A stretch of DNA of 64,000 nt from Raillietiella orientalis (Eukaryota). The DNA is taken from the NCBI GenBank assembly GCA_036172245.1, contig JAYWIR010000005.1, positions 1,240,001 through 1,304,000 on the forward strand, written 5' to 3'. The notes beneath the pieces were generated by a model. The model had not been told where the DNA came from and did no database searches. It saw nothing but the letters and a program-made list of their open reading frames with translations. Shown here one piece after another: positions 46,292 to 60,514 of the stretch (the first letter of the stretch is position 1; every line of letters starts with the position of its first letter). Position numbers and translations under genes: made by a program.

Positions 46292-49200
46292 TGTGTTGAA
46301 TTCTCCAGGACATTTATGCACAAAAGAAATAGACAAAGTGGGAGTAAAGTATCCTAATAGATGCCGTCCAGTAGGGGAAGAGTCCCTTGCAGCTTGCAGC
46401 TCCAAGCCGGGGAATGAAGGACTGGATGCAGGCAGGGAAAAACGACCGGAGATGAACAGAAATGAATAAAGTAAGGAGGGATGAACGGTCATCGGACTCC
46501 AGCCGGGTATATTCGCAGGCCGCCGCTCGATGAAAAGCGTTCTTTGCCGGCGGGTTGCAAGCGAGGTGATCGCCTCCCTGCACTCGGAGGGATGCAAAAG
46601 GCTAGGCAATAACCATACGCCTCTGCCTGCAAAGTTCCGTTTCAAGACGAGATGCTGCGATGCTGCGGACCTGGCACTAGGTTGTGTGGGATTCTGTGGC
46701 CAGCAAGAGATTCTCTCGAGTCCAAGAAGCGCCTGGAAAAGTTGGACGTGTTCCACCAGGGGGACCCACATCCCAACAACCCCCAACGACTGGCGTGGGG
46801 TGGATTCTTCCGATCCGCAGCCGACAGAGCTTCTGAGGGTATGTCCGGAACTGCAGCGTACCACCACACTGCACGTCGCTCCAGCATCCCGTAAAGGGTC
46901 GCTAACTGCCATTTCCCCTTTCTGAAGGGACAGCTGGGCCACGAAGCTTAGAAGTTGCCTATTGGAAGGCCAAGGCACTCTGACACTCATTCCTGCTCAT
47001 CGGCTGGATCAGCTCGACGGATGCTTACAGTTACTTCTCCAGGGGGGATATCAGCACGAGCAGGCAACAACAGGTCTTCCGCGTAGGGAGGCACTGCCAG
47101 TGCTCAGCGACCAGTCGTCAGCAGGGGTGCCAGAGTTTTCCTTGTATGCGTTCAAAACTAACTCGTAGTAAGCTCTGAGCAACATAGAACCTCATAGAAC
47201 CCAGGATTGTACTGTCCTTTTTCCTTAATCCGACAAGCGGTGGGGTGAATTCCATTTCGACACGAGCAGTTCAACAAACAGTGCAAAGGAAAGAGCAGAA
47301 AACCACGCAAAGTCGATGTCTTCCCACAGAACACACGGTACTTTGCAATCCGTGCCACGGTTCCTACACTTATCGATGGTCGGCCTTCTCACTCAGTAGT
47401 ATTGGGGGTTGCCTTGCCCTAGGGCAGTCACCTGCAGCTTTGGCAGGATGTACCTGAATTCTCTTCGATTTCCGCTACTGCAGATTACAGTTTTCTTCTT
47501 TCGCAGTACTCTGAGTACTTCGACGCCTGTCAAATCCTTAACTATGCGAAACTCATCATGACAAGATGAATATCATGATGCTCGTAATAAACGATGTGAG
47601 GGTCGGCCGTTCGCGAGAGGCTATTGCTGGCAATGCTGCTCTGCTGCATTCGTCGGGCCTTCTGCTGATACTCCTGCATTTGAGTTTCCTCTTCCGTCGT
47701 GAAGCAGCATTCCGATTCAGCTCTCGCTACCGGTTTCCCTTGCTGCTTGTTTCTCTTCTTTCGTTTTTGCGTCTCGGAGTTCTCCGCATCTGTAACCATG
47801 GGCTTTTCCTTGGTATAGGGCTGCATCTTCCCGACGGGAATTCCCCTTGCCGCCGCTGACCTTTTGGGAATTTCTGGACAACCCAGCATCTCGCGCCATT
47901 GTGCGCAGCCAGCTTGCAGAGATGGCATCTCTGAGACTGGGAGCAATCATGCTGCGGGTGCCCTTCCATTCCATACTTGGAGCATTTCGCTCTGGGGCAT
48001 GCTGCCGTGCGACGACCAGACTGCTTTCTGCCCACGCAGAAAGGCTTTTCATTCGGTCACTCCAGGGCGTTTACATATAAAAAAAATAAAACTAGATGAG
48101 AACAAGGAGCATCATTCCTTGTGAATCAAAAGAAAAAAAAAAAATGAAAAGAAGCACACGAAAAGAAGTTTAGTTAGGAGGACTTGCTGACTCAGTGATT
48201 AGCTTAAAAATAATAGAGGAGCTGAAGAATTTGTTCAGAGCATAACGAATTGATAGGAACAGGAGGATACACAAATAAACAAATAATAGTGGATAGAGCT
48301 GGGAAGATCGAGGTTCGTGCTCCTTTCCTAAAGTTTTCGCAAGGAAAACTGTTGACCTCTGTTTTCCGATGCAGAGCCTGCAGGCCTTCTTGATTAAGGA
48401 GACAGATTCCTGCCTCGGCGGTACATATACTAAAGTGGATTAAAGAGACAGCAATGCCGAAGGCCTCTCTTTCGTTGCTTGTAGCGAGCTTTTAGGATTC
48501 TGCGTCGAATGCAGCCTAAAGTCGCAATCACGGCGGCAGACGAGAGACCGTTTCGCGTGGAGAAGCGACGCAGCAGCAATACAGTCGGCGAATCCTCAAA
48601 ATGCGCTGAAGCCAGCCACTCCCACAACCAACGGAGGACCCCGCACTTCATCAACAACTTCAACAACCTGTCACATTCCGAAGAGACGCTCTCCTTGGTA
48701 ACGTGGTGCAGCCGCTCTCTGCAAGGGAGACTCTAGTGAAAGAGGAGCACGACGTCATTTGCTACCCCAGGAGAGGCACGAAACTTTCCAAGCACAGGGG
48801 AAGGAACAGATGGTTTTTCCGGAGATACATACTCAATGTATCCGCTCACCCGCTCAGTCCCAAAGAAGCGGTTCCTGGCAGTAACTGACTGTCACTTCCT
48901 GGGAGTGCATGTCGACATTGGCGACTCCCGGAATGAGCTGCGTCCTCCTTCAGCTTATTTCAGGATATTCATCCATTCCGGAGTAGATTTTTCTTGAGAG
49001 GCTGTGGAATTGCATCTCCTCTACCTCTCATACACTGAACAAGAATGCTCCGTGGCTTCCACGGAGACTGATGCCCGACATAACTACCCTCGTGCACATC
49101 GTCTCTTCCATACTGCGCAGAATGCTCCTGCTAAAGTTGTCGGTTTTCTCGATTAAGGCATCTTCGTCTGTTGCCTGTATCATGAACCTTCACACGAGCA

Positions 49201-49950
49201 GCACTATGGCCTGCATCTTGCCGAAGCTCACATTCATTTGTGCATCGCAATACAAATATCCTTTACTCCCGCTATCCTGATGGGTCTTGTCCTGAAGGTA
49301 ATCGGCTTGCCTCAAGACCCACTTCAACCGCGAACTCTTCCTTAGTTCTCAAGGATGGTGGGCTCTGACGCCTTCAGTTCATTGCTGAGGACGCATCCGA
49401 CGCTGTCGTTGCCATGGCGCGAGCGCGTTTACCTGATGCATCAGCTGTATGTGCCTGGGGCACCTCGTTTTCCGCCGCGGGGTGTCGCTCCACGCTAGCT
49501 GGCGAGCCCCATCCGTCCATTCTGGCAGGCACGGTCATTGCTGAGCTCACCGACAACTTTGGAGATCTTGTCCGTGAAGAAATGTACACCACTTGCTTCA
49601 GGCTATCGGAGAGCTCAGGAGGCTGACAACCAGTTGCGCCGGGCCGTGTTCCTTTGCCTCCTCACCGCCATACCGCTCGCGTGCCGACTTCTCAAACAGA
49701 TAGTAATCAGTGCTGCATCGTTCTGGAAGAAAACTCATATAGGCCGGCACGGTGGACGGAAGTCCTTTGCGCTCCAGGAGCCTCAGGAGCTTCCTGTTCA
49801 CTCAGCCGATCGCTTTCTGCAAGTCGACCATAACTGATAAGGGTCCTTCCACCGCCTACTTGGAGCAGCCCTTCCTTCGGCAATTCTGGTTCTTTAGATC
49901 GCCAGGCCATCCCGGAGGACCTGTGTGATTTACATAAAGGGAATCGCACA
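46292..49950 (-). mobile_element. Long degenerate non-LTR ORF2 remnant (copy D), interrupted by an A-rich stretch near 48070-48330
   Basis: Frameshifted finger-like block VGCGSEESTPH...W near 46760-46830, a pyrimidine-rich 3' UTR, and a partial end motif CATAAATGTCCTGG at 46318-46305. The upstream part (47500-49950) is GC-rich broken reading frames with no clean RT motif, so its inclusion is tentative. Confidence 0.45.
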
Positions 49951-52800
49951 GTTGCCGAGATTGTCTCTGGGAAGGATGTGAATGTGATTACAGTTTCTTC
50001 CTAGAGATAATACGAGCGTGCGTTGTTCTCATCCAGTCGTGTCACACAATGAGGTGATTGCTTTTCCTTGTAAAGCCAACTAAGGGTAGACTTTCATTTC
50101 TTCTTCCTCTTATTTTAGATCACTCTGCATCGATTCTTGCAGATGTCCGATGGAAAGTTAACCGTACGTAAGTTGCGACCAACCTCGAAACGTGCTTTGT
50201 GAAAATTGAATGAACTTTCAATGTGATAGAGCGCTAGCAGCGACTTGTTGCCATATCGTGAAGCCTTTTCAATTATATTCTTACCATCAACATTCGGTTT
50301 TGGAGGTTGTGGAAGATATTTAAGGAGTTAAACAGACACGATGGATAAGTTTTTGTATGTAATTCAGATCATTCCAGTAGATTACGATTGCAAGGCCGTC
50401 AACGGAAGAGACGTGACCAGATCAGACAAGACTTTAGGAATAGTCTGTTCCTACAAATTTTTCTAGAATTCAGAATACTGATAGTCTAGAGAAGTGTTTC
50501 ATGCAATGTTTAATAAGAAAGGTGCTTCCCTGTTAAGGTCGAAGAAATTCTAAAGTTGTAATTAATGTTCTGTCGATAACATAAGTTTTCCACTTGTTTT
50601 CATTTCTTTTAATATGAGGGTATCCCCCCCTTCCCCTATTTTCATTTGTGACCTGCTAAAATGTTTTACATAAAAATTTTTATGTGGGTGGGCTACAAAT
50701 GTACATTTCTGAAAGAATAATTGTCCTTTAGTGCAAAGAGTTAACAAGGGCTCTTGGAGTTGCAACCAGATCAGAAGAAAGAAAACATGGGTATGCCTGA
50801 TAAAAAATACAGGAATTCTAGCAATAGGACTCCCATGGGGAGTGCAAGAGTCCTGAAGACAGTTTATTCTTCTTCATATTTGTCACTGGCAATTTATTTT
50901 ATCATCATTGAGAGCAAATCTTATGAATTGGAGACGGACAGCAGAAGATTTCATAATTTCTGTCTGCTTTCCCCTTATGTATTCGTGTAGCACAAATTAT
51001 GTATACACTTGTTTGGTGTTTGTCTTTCTGATCCATAAAAAAGGCATTGCCTCCGTCTGTTTTGGTTTTCCAGAAAAGCAATACAAGTGATTTCTGGGGA
51101 CCCTGTTGGGGTCTTGCAGTGAGACCCAGTATGAAGAAGTGTCAGCAACTTCTAACGATTGTTTTTGAGCACTTGTCCCAACGCTTGTTGCATTCCGATG
51201 AGTACTCACTTTATGAGTACATTGGTATAATTCCAATTCCTGGCCGAAAGAATTCTAACACGGCACAATTATAACCAGCCCAAATCTCGTTTTCGTTAAT
51301 TGGCGAGATCACAAGTCTTACAATCCTTAATAATTCTTCGTTGGGACTAATACTCATGCTATTTTGGAATGCCTGCTTTGATTAGACGGATTTTGTGAGA
51401 GAATTTGACAGTGAAAGGTTCGCGAGTACGCTGTAGAAGAATGCACAACTTGCTAAAATCCAAGAAAAATGAGGAAGCGTATTTCGATCCACTACAAATG
51501 GTAAAATATCGAAAGCAACAAAAACAATCAGGCTTGCACGTATACATATGACTGTTTGCATAATTTCTGAATTTTTGGCGGATTACACAAGTGAAAGTTT
51601 GTGATGTGTAAGGTATATTTATTATATCAACAAACGGATTGTTTGTGAGTTCAGCGCAGGATATTCACAAACTGTAGTCAGTCGTGTTAATATTTATCAT
51701 TAATAAACATGCACTAATACTGCTTGCACAAGCAGTTCAAAGGAATACCACATTTGTTATAAGTTAGTTATAGTGCCTGTAGAATTTGCAAAGAAATGAA
51801 AGGCATATTTTCCTTCGACTGTCTGTCATTCATAGTATATATACAATGCATGTATATCATATGGAGACTTTGAATTATACATCATTATATGTATATATGA
51901 TTTTTCCAGAATATTTTCAGCTCCCGTAGCGGGGAAAAGAATTTTTTTTTACTCACGGAAAGCTGTGTATTTGTTTTGTCAAAAGCAGTTCCTTGAATTA
52001 GGTAGCAATGGAGCACAGACTACCTAAACGAAACCCAAACTTTCTTTAATCAGTCTGTATAGGACACATGACGGTCAATTTGCAACAGGAGTGAAACAGA
52101 ATGTACCTGATCTGGAAAACAAGTTTTAAATGAATGACATCCATTATGGCAGTATAGTTTATATTCTTCATATTTTGAATGCTATCGTTATTAGGGAATG
52201 AATTACTCTCAAATATTTGTGAACACAGCTCTGAAAGTCAGTTGAAGGAGCCAATCAGATTATCAAATATTTGAAAGTAACGCCGAAAGAGTTTTCGTTA
52301 AGGGTACATTCCAGAATTCCTTGGAACTAGATGTAAGACCCGATATTAATTACCACGTAATGTTTTGATGATATTTCGATACTGTAATTAACAAATTATG
52401 CATTATTCTAAAGAATCTTATACTTGGCAACTCAATTTTCAATACACATTCCATTCCGCAAATAAAAAAAACAAACAAACATCAGGGTTTGATCGAAACA
52501 CACAGATTTGAAAAAATCGTCAAAGGGCACGTGCTAAGAATCCGAAAGAATAATTAATGTTCTTTAAAGGGAATATCCACTTATAAAAATAGAAAAAAGC
52601 GAATGTGAAAATAGTGAAAACTAAAACATTCGTCTCATACCAAGGCGAAATTACGCGGACATTCGTGTCGTAGGACGATTAAATGTCGTGACACTTGCCC
52701 TTTTCTCTTTTGAGGTGTTTCGTCTAATGAAAACATATTCTAATGTGACATATGCGTACGGCACAGTTACGGAACTCCATGAGTGCAAGAATGTTTGTAC

Positions 52801-52980
52801 TGACGTCATATGTGATGTGGTAATCATTCTCGAGAATTTGCGTTGTTGGAAAAACATTGGTTTGTGGGTGAGCGGTCGCGCTTCTTTTGCGCGAAAGGGC
52901 AATCCTTCGTGCACTTGTGAAATTTGAAATTTCGAAATGTTAAATCGGATTCCCTGATTCTTGCACCAGCGGAAGTGGCA
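52801..52980 (+). promoter_or_regulatory. Putative ACADVL promoter (TGACGTCA CRE-like site; GCGGAAGT ETS-like site)
   Basis: TGACGTCA at 52801-52808 and GCGGAAGTG near 52970, in a CpG-containing patch directly upstream of the inferred start at 52991. Confidence 0.3.
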
Positions 52981-52990
52981 GAACCTCGTA

Positions 52991-55558
52991 ATGTACAGAA
53001 ACCTTTTGACAAATACGAGCCAGAGTTTTAAAGCTTGCACGTAGTGGTCTAGTAGTAGATATTTACAGTGATACCAGTGATTCTGTTCTTTAAAATGTGT
53101 ACGCTTAGTTTTCCTTTCTTTGTGCCCGGTTTTGCAAACAGTAACTCCATATTTATGAGGCAGTGTTGGAGGTGGATTTCGCATATGAAAAAGTTAGTTG
53201 CATTCACGATTAAAAGCGACATATCCAAATTTCATGTTACCTGCATGTGTTCTGAGCCCGGCTTGATGTACAGTTTTTTTTAGAAGCTATTCGACGGTTG
53301 CCCAATTACAAACTGCGGAAAACCATCAACCAACTGAAAAGCATAATGAAACTGGCACGGATTCTTTTCTTCTCAGTGCTTTCAAAGGCAGTATTGAAGT
53401 CAAGAGAGTGCTTCCATTCCCTGAAGCACTGAATGAGGAACAGAAAAGTTCTCTTTCTATGATCATCGATCCTGTTGAAAGGTTTTTCCAGGTATGTCTG
53501 GATTCAAGATAGCAAAGTTTCTGAGTTAGTATTTGTAGGAAGTAAATAATGCTTCAGAAAATGATGCCTTAGAAACCATACCACAATCTGTCATGGAAAA
53601 ATTAAAAGAGTTAGGTGCTTTTGGTTTACAGGTCCCTGTGGATTACAATGGCCTTGGCCTTAGCAATTCACAGTATGCAAGACTTGTTCAAATAGTTGGA
53701 AAATATGATTTGGGTGTGGGAATTATGTTGGGAGCCCATCAGAGTATAGGTTACAAGGTATTATTATGTGCAGTGAATATTGAATGGTGTTATTGAATTT
53801 CAGGGAATTGTACTGTTTGGCACAACCAATCAGAAAAAAAAGTATTTGCCTGATTTAGCTACAGGGAATAGAATTGCCGCGTTTTGTTTAACTGAACCTT
53901 CCAGCGGGAGTGATGCTGCTTCAATTAAGAGTTACGCAGAATTGTCTGAAGATGGAACATACTATGTTCTCAATGGAAATAAAATCTGGATTAGTAATGG
54001 TGGCATTGCAGATATAATGACTGTATTTGCTCAGACTCCTGTTAAGGATGATGTAACTGGTAAGATAAATTGAAAGCAGCATTCTTTATAGTCCCATAGG
54101 ATCTGTGAAGAATAAGGTTTCTGCTTTTATTGTGGAAAGGGAATTTAAAGGGGTGTCATCAGGCCCACCAGAGAAAAAAATGGGAATCAGATGCTCTAAT
54201 ACTGCGGAAGTGAATTTTGAGAATGTCAAAATCCCATTGGACAATGTGTTAGGACCAGTTGGTGAAGGATTCAAAGTATATTGGGTTTTTGTTGATCATT
54301 TGAATTAATAGCAATCAGATTGCCATGCATATCTTAAATAATGGAAGGTTTGGCATGGCAGCTTCCCTGTCAGGAACCATGAGAATGGCCATTGAAACTG
54401 CTGTAATCCATGCAAGTAACAGGACACAGTTTAGCCGCAAGTCAGTGATAAAGGAATGCAAATAATCCGAATGGCTGTCTTTTTAATAGAATCATGGATT
54501 TTGGCGTAATCCAAGAAAAATTGGCTACAATGGCTATGCTGCATTACATCACAGAGTCCATGGCATATATGATAGCTGCCAATATGGATTTAGGGGCTAC
54601 AAACCTGCAGCTTGAAGCTGCTGTTTCTAAAGTTCGTGTTTTATGATATAGATAATTATTTATACAATTGATAGGTTTTTGGTTCAGAAGCTGCATGGAT
54701 TTGTGTAGATCATGCCATTCAGGTTCTTGGAGGGATGGGATACATGAGAGCAGCAAACTTAGAGCGGTTTTTACGAGACCTGAGGATCTTTCGCATTTTC
54801 GAGGGAACAAATGACATACTGCGCTTGTTCATCTCTCTTACTGGTATCTATTATTCCATATGACCCATATGTATCACTCTAGCTTAAATAGGAATTCAGC
54901 ATGCAGCCCAACATCTTCAAAAATTGTGGAAAGCAGTCAAGTCACCTGCTAGTGGCATGCCTCTAATTTTTAGTGAGGGTACCAAAGCTGCCCAAAGAAT
55001 GGTTGGTCTTCCTACCTCTCCTTTTACACGTTCTGTCCATTCAGATCTTAGCATGGAAGCCACTGAGGTTTCGAAGGTTTGTCCCATTGCTATTGCTTCA
55101 GGTTTACTGCTGAGATTATTTTGTGTATTGCTGGCAAATGTAATTGCCCTTGTTTTCTTAGCTGTTGGATCTGTTTGCCTACACTGTGCAGAAGCTCTTG
55201 GTGCAGTTGAAAAAGGGAATCATTGAGGAACAACTTATGTTGCAGACACTTGCTAATGTTGTCATTGATATTTATAGCATGGTAGTAGTGCTATCTCGTG
55301 CAAGTTGGTCACTTTCCCACAGTCTGCCTACAGCCAACCATGAATTACACCTGACCAAGCTTATATGTGCTATGGTAAATATTCCAAAATGTAAATTGGA
55401 TATGCTTGCGTTCATTGCAGGCCAGCAAACGGGTGAGAACCAGTCTAGAGGATTTACGAAGCCCTTCTTTTAAAGATGTAGATACACAGGTATCTAAGAT
55501 TGCTCTGCAGCTTTATGAAAATCAGGGAGTTCCTTATGTAACGCCTCTGGGCTTGTGA
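52991..55558 (+). CDS. ACADVL: Very-long-chain specific acyl-CoA dehydrogenase, mitochondrial, ~642 aa
   Basis: Exons 52991-53040, 53142-53192, 53284-53491, 53539-53757, 53804-54059, 54100-54275, 54319-54440, 54490-54631, 54675-54843, 54892-55076, 55162-55374 and 55421-55558 (1929 nt). Motifs: [73 protein letters not shown] (catalytic Glu) and a VLCAD-type C-terminal domain ending TPLGL. The first two exons (transit peptide) are less certain. Confidence 0.95.
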
Positions 55559-57534
55559 ATCATGTAGTGTGCTTTGCTGATTCTTAAAACAGAGGAAAAA
55601 TTGCTATTCCATATGTGAAAAATTTTAAATTGTAAGAATACCTCAATTTTACAAATTGGGGATCATGCATCTGTGCAGTGTGCCATGACCTTCATGGATA
55701 TCAGAGATTCATGCAATGCAATGTGTTGAAAGGCATCAAATTATTGTGTTTGATCGCATCTCCTTTCCACCTTTCGAAAATAGTAGGTAAAGAGCTAAAG
55801 AAGATAGTTCGGAGCAAGAGTAAAGGTTCGAGATTTGCAGAATGCTATAAAGGCGTTTTGATGTGGAAAATTTTTATGAAAATAAAAAGTATGCAGTAAG
55901 GGGCCATAATCAACCTTGATTTCCTCGAATGGTACTTGCAGTTTATGTAGTTGCTTTCCATTTTGAAGTACGCCGATATACATTTAGCTTAATGGAAAGT
56001 GTATATCATAAGTTTCGTATTGAAAGATAAGAACAAGATAAACAAAGCATGCTCTTGAGTGTTCATGTCAGGGCCCAGTGACTTTTTTGATTGAATGGGC
56101 GGATCTGCGAGTGCATTATAGTTTACTTAGAGTCTGTTGAATAAACAGTTTCCAGGAAGCAACAGGAAGGTGATGGACAGGAAGAAAACTGATGGTGAAG
56201 ATTTGTGCATGAAGTCCCCCAAAAGCTATGGGTGGAGCCAATAGATCAGCAAGCATTACAGCAATATAACTTAACTCAAAATGATGTTTGAAATGTTATT
56301 GTGAATCAGTGCGTCAATGAAGAAGCTACTTATGATTTTCATCACCTCCATTGTGCCATTTGGAAAAGCTGAATATTCAAAGACAGGTTTAGTTTTATGA
56401 ATGGAATATAGTATAAAGGGAACGTTAATGGATAAAAAAAGTTTAGATGTGTAGATCGAATTTTATGTTGTGGTAATGTTCAATTATAGATTTATTTTGG
56501 GAATAAGTTTGATAATTATGTATTGTTTTTTTTGTGGATTAGATGAGTTTTGAGATAGTGGGTGTATTGGAGGGTGTAATTAGGTGAGAGATGGCTTATT
56601 AATGTAGAAGATTAGGTTGGTGTTGATGTTTATGTGGAGTTTATAGATTTTTCTATAGCGCTTTTTATTAGGCTGCTTAAATGCTCCGTGTGAGCGCGGG
56701 ATGCTTAGGCAAAACAGGATTGCAACAGATGCAAGATAGTATATAAATTAATAGATGGAGGACGTAAGGAAAAATGTGATCAAGGTGCTTAGTTTGATAA
56801 AATAGATGGGGAAACAGTTACTAAAGACGAGTAATAAAGTCCTTTAATCTTGCGCTTACGTAATCCCTTGTTGGGGAACGACCAGCGAGCAGGAAATGGG
56901 TTGTGAAGTGCGGGGACAGTTGAAGACCCCAGGCGGAAACCGCATGGTACATCCGAATGAGAAGACATTCATAAGCAGTCGTATTTGTTTACATGTTTCC
57001 CCGGTTGCATCTTTCTGAGGGTTGTGCCGATTGTATGCTTACAGATAAGAGACGGAAACTCCGGTTTAGTGCCCATAAGGAGTCCTCTGCCTTTTTTTGT
57101 TTTTCTCTCCTGACCTTAGGTGCCTTTACTCGTGAAGTCCACTATTTATTTGGGACGCAGAGTAAAATTCAATCCAAAGCTCATGTTGCATGTGGATATT
57201 GTGGTAGCCGTATCTCGTCTAGGCGGCGAGTCTGCTGCAGTGCGAAGCATCAAAAATACCAAGATTTTAAAACACGCGAGGACACACTAAAAGGAAAGAC
57301 ACTTCATGCGTTAAACGTGCATTCTCAAAGGCATCTTAGCCGCTGTGTTGCTGGGCTGGTTTGAAAGTGTCTCTTGGGCAGTAGCCTGCACTCAGCATTG
57401 TGCAGTTGTGGTCGTGGCTCCACGTTTCGAATTGCATCATTGGTGAACAACAGCAGTCTTGATCAGAGGTTCCAGGCTGGAAGAGGCTAAAGCCTCTCTC
57501 GGTCACGGGCGAATGCTGGAACGAAATGGGGTTG

Positions 57535-58190
57535 CCACCCGGTCATGCCGGGGCGTTTATTAATTCTCTATGTAAACGTGGTACTAGGCCCCACTACGGC
57601 CAACATAACATAGGACATGCCGGGTCGCCGCCTCGACTCTCCTCAGCAGCGGAAGGGGATGGGGGAAAAAAAAACAAAAAGGAAAATAAAACAGAAAAAA
57701 AAAAGAGATTTCGGTGGGCCGGGAAGGGATTACTAACCACTGGGAGGAGGGTCTATCCTTTTTAGGATGCCCTCGAGGTCCGTCCGTATTCTTCCCAGGT
57801 GGGACCATGTGGTCGCAATCCGCAGGAAGCGGACTGCGAGTTCGACGGCATCCCTCGTTGTCTGGTCTCCTGACTTCGCTCCACTCAGCCACGATCCCTC
57901 GGACGCAGCAGAGTGCTGCCAGGGCTGCGGCTGGTCGCAGGGCATCCTATACGAAGAGAAACCGGAAAACGTCCCTGGGGGAGCTGCCAACCGGGATCCG
58001 TAGGAAAGTTCGAAGACGTTCCCACAGGGGTCAGAGGGCAGCACAGTCAACAATCAGGTGGGGAAGGGACTCCCGTTCCCCGCACCTGGCACAGGATTAA
58101 CTCTCCCCCGTGTCCAGTGGTAGCGGCGTGCATTGCAGAGAAGACCCCAATGCAACAGGAGAAGCGCCGACTCTTGCCACTTTAGGGGGG
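57535..58190 (-). mobile_element. 5'-truncated non-LTR retrotransposon, copy E (best preserved zinc finger and 3' end)
   Basis: LKWQESALLLLHWGLLCNARR...CARCGERESLPHLIVDC (58093-58043; CX2CX7HX4C, zf-RVT type), a T-rich 3' UTR, and AATAAACGCCCCGGCATGACCGGGTGG at 57561-57535. Confidence 0.8.
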
Positions 58191-60514
58191 AACGAAATGG
58201 GGTGAAGTGTACGAAACGACGAAGGCTATGCAAAAGGACAGGAAGCTCTCGAAATTTCTAGGGCAGGTGAAGTTGTGAAGACCGCTCAGTCTTCCTGACA
58301 ACTTCAGCGGAGTGAGCAGCGCGGATCGGGTTGATCTCATTCAGGAGATGCCCCCATAGTTGCCGAAAAGGTAACGTTTCGATATGTAAAGCGACTTCTC
58401 GAGAAAGCTCTGTGAGTTTAGATCTGTAGACGGAATCAGAGAACCGAACGTCGCTGGACCAGCGAGAATCGGAAATCCTTTTTCCAAGAGAAAGCCAGGA
58501 AGCTTGTGGAACTGTGTGAGAAGTATGGAGAGAACGGATAATTATGGAGAAAAAGGAAATACGGAAGTTTTGCAAATTCCCCTTTTTTGATTTTTCAATA
58601 GAAAAACGATTGTCTCTGCATGTTGCTCTCCGAAGTGTGCCATGTGTACTTTGCTGACGATGTCTGTACTAAGTCCAGATCATGAGTTTCTTCCGTCCTT
58701 TGTAGTCAGCGATTGAAGATCGTTTGCATCGCTCTGCATCCGTCAGGATTTTAAAGTGCTGACCGCAACAGGGGTCGATTAAACGTGGTACAAAAGTAGG
58801 ACAGCTTGGCAAATGAAACCTCTGATTGAAACCCAAGCTGTCAAGGGTTTTCAACGGTATTCCTTTCTCTTGAATGGAATCACTGGTTGACGTGATGAGA
58901 CTTCTGGATTCCTTTTCGCCTTCACGGAATCATGGAGTCTCTCAGCGTTTCACAGTCTTCACGTGGAAGTGACGTGCCGTTGATCTGGGCGTAGACATTG
59001 CAGAGGTCGGCGATTTCGGTTGGTTCGTATCGCTCAACTCTGGTGGGAGATTTGCGAAAGAACCTCAGCAGTCTTCGTACCTTGGCTGTCGAATAATGAG
59101 GAAAAAAATAAAAATAAATCCTCCTTTGAAGCAATTTTCAGCCAAGCAGCGTTTCACTAATGTGGATTTGCAAACTAATGTCCGCGCTGCAACTGGCTTT
59201 TCCTTTGACCTTAACCGAACAACACCTTGGAAGGAAAAAGAACGTTTTGAACACCATAATACGGCTTTTCGCCCAAGATCTTGCAGCTACCTATCTCACT
59301 GACACTCTAGCAGCTATCTCAGAACCGCAGGGAAGCACTCCAGAAAGCCATACTCCAAAGGCCAGTATCGAATGCGTTTGATGTATTATACCTTACGGGA
59401 TTGGTCACACTAATTTCGGAGCAGATGTAATGCATACCTGCTACACAGGTAATCCTTGCTGAAACGTGTGCTTTTATGATCCTTTATGGGTGTGTGATGT
59501 GTTTCATCTGTACTTCGATGAGCACAGGTGCAAGCCCCATAGGACCTTATTTAGCATTTTGGATTAATACAAAAACTGTTGCTGGAATGGCTCTGGAGAA
59601 TCTTTCACGAATGATACTTCCTCCGTGTTCTTCACGGTTGCTCGGTGCTTTCTTCCGGGATGAGAGGATTGTCCAGATCATCTGGTGGGGCTGCATTTTT
59701 CCTTCTTACCTGTGTTGCATAGATGCTACTTGAGAAGCGGATGCAGGTGGCAGTGATAGTATACGTACGCCCATTGTATCGCAAATGCTCATCAGAGTAC
59801 GAATGGGTGTATGGACGCAACATACATTGGAACAAAGTCTCTTGTGTGCACTCAATACCATATTGTTTATACTGCATACAGACATAAGTACTCAATATTT
59901 ATCTGTACTGAGCGCACTCATGTATGCATACGGAGATATCATTGATTCACCATTTCCCTAGATATGTAAACGATATCACTAACATGTGTCGACACCAAAT
60001 GCCTTTTAGAGTGCTTGGAATTATCAGAAATGTATAAATATGCACGTGCATTGCGTGTACGTTTATCTTTTTTTAGCACGATTTCACATTACAATCAGTT
60101 TTTTCTTTTTTAGTTTAATGAGCAGGGAACTTGGATAATCTGTTTTTGTGAGTGTGTGTTTTCACAAATGCAATAATTCGCATAAGCAATGTATCACTGG
60201 CGCTTGGAAAAAATTTTGGTCTACCGTCTACTGGAGGAGGGGGGTCTCTGAACTCTGGAGCTAACAGGAATCTAAGAAAACGTCTGACTTTCATGGATGG
60301 ATTAAAACTTCGTTCTTATGCTTACTGGATCATTCGCGAGGAGCGTTTTCTTTTGCCTTATGTCGGTAGTCAATTCTCGAATCCGGCGAACAAAGCAAAT
60401 TCAAGATCCGGATCTGGAGTTGTTCTATCGTTGCTTTTATTTCGTCACACGTCACAAGATGAAGGAACTTCCTGATGAAAACAATGTGACTTTATAGTTT
60501 CAGTACGCAGGTTC

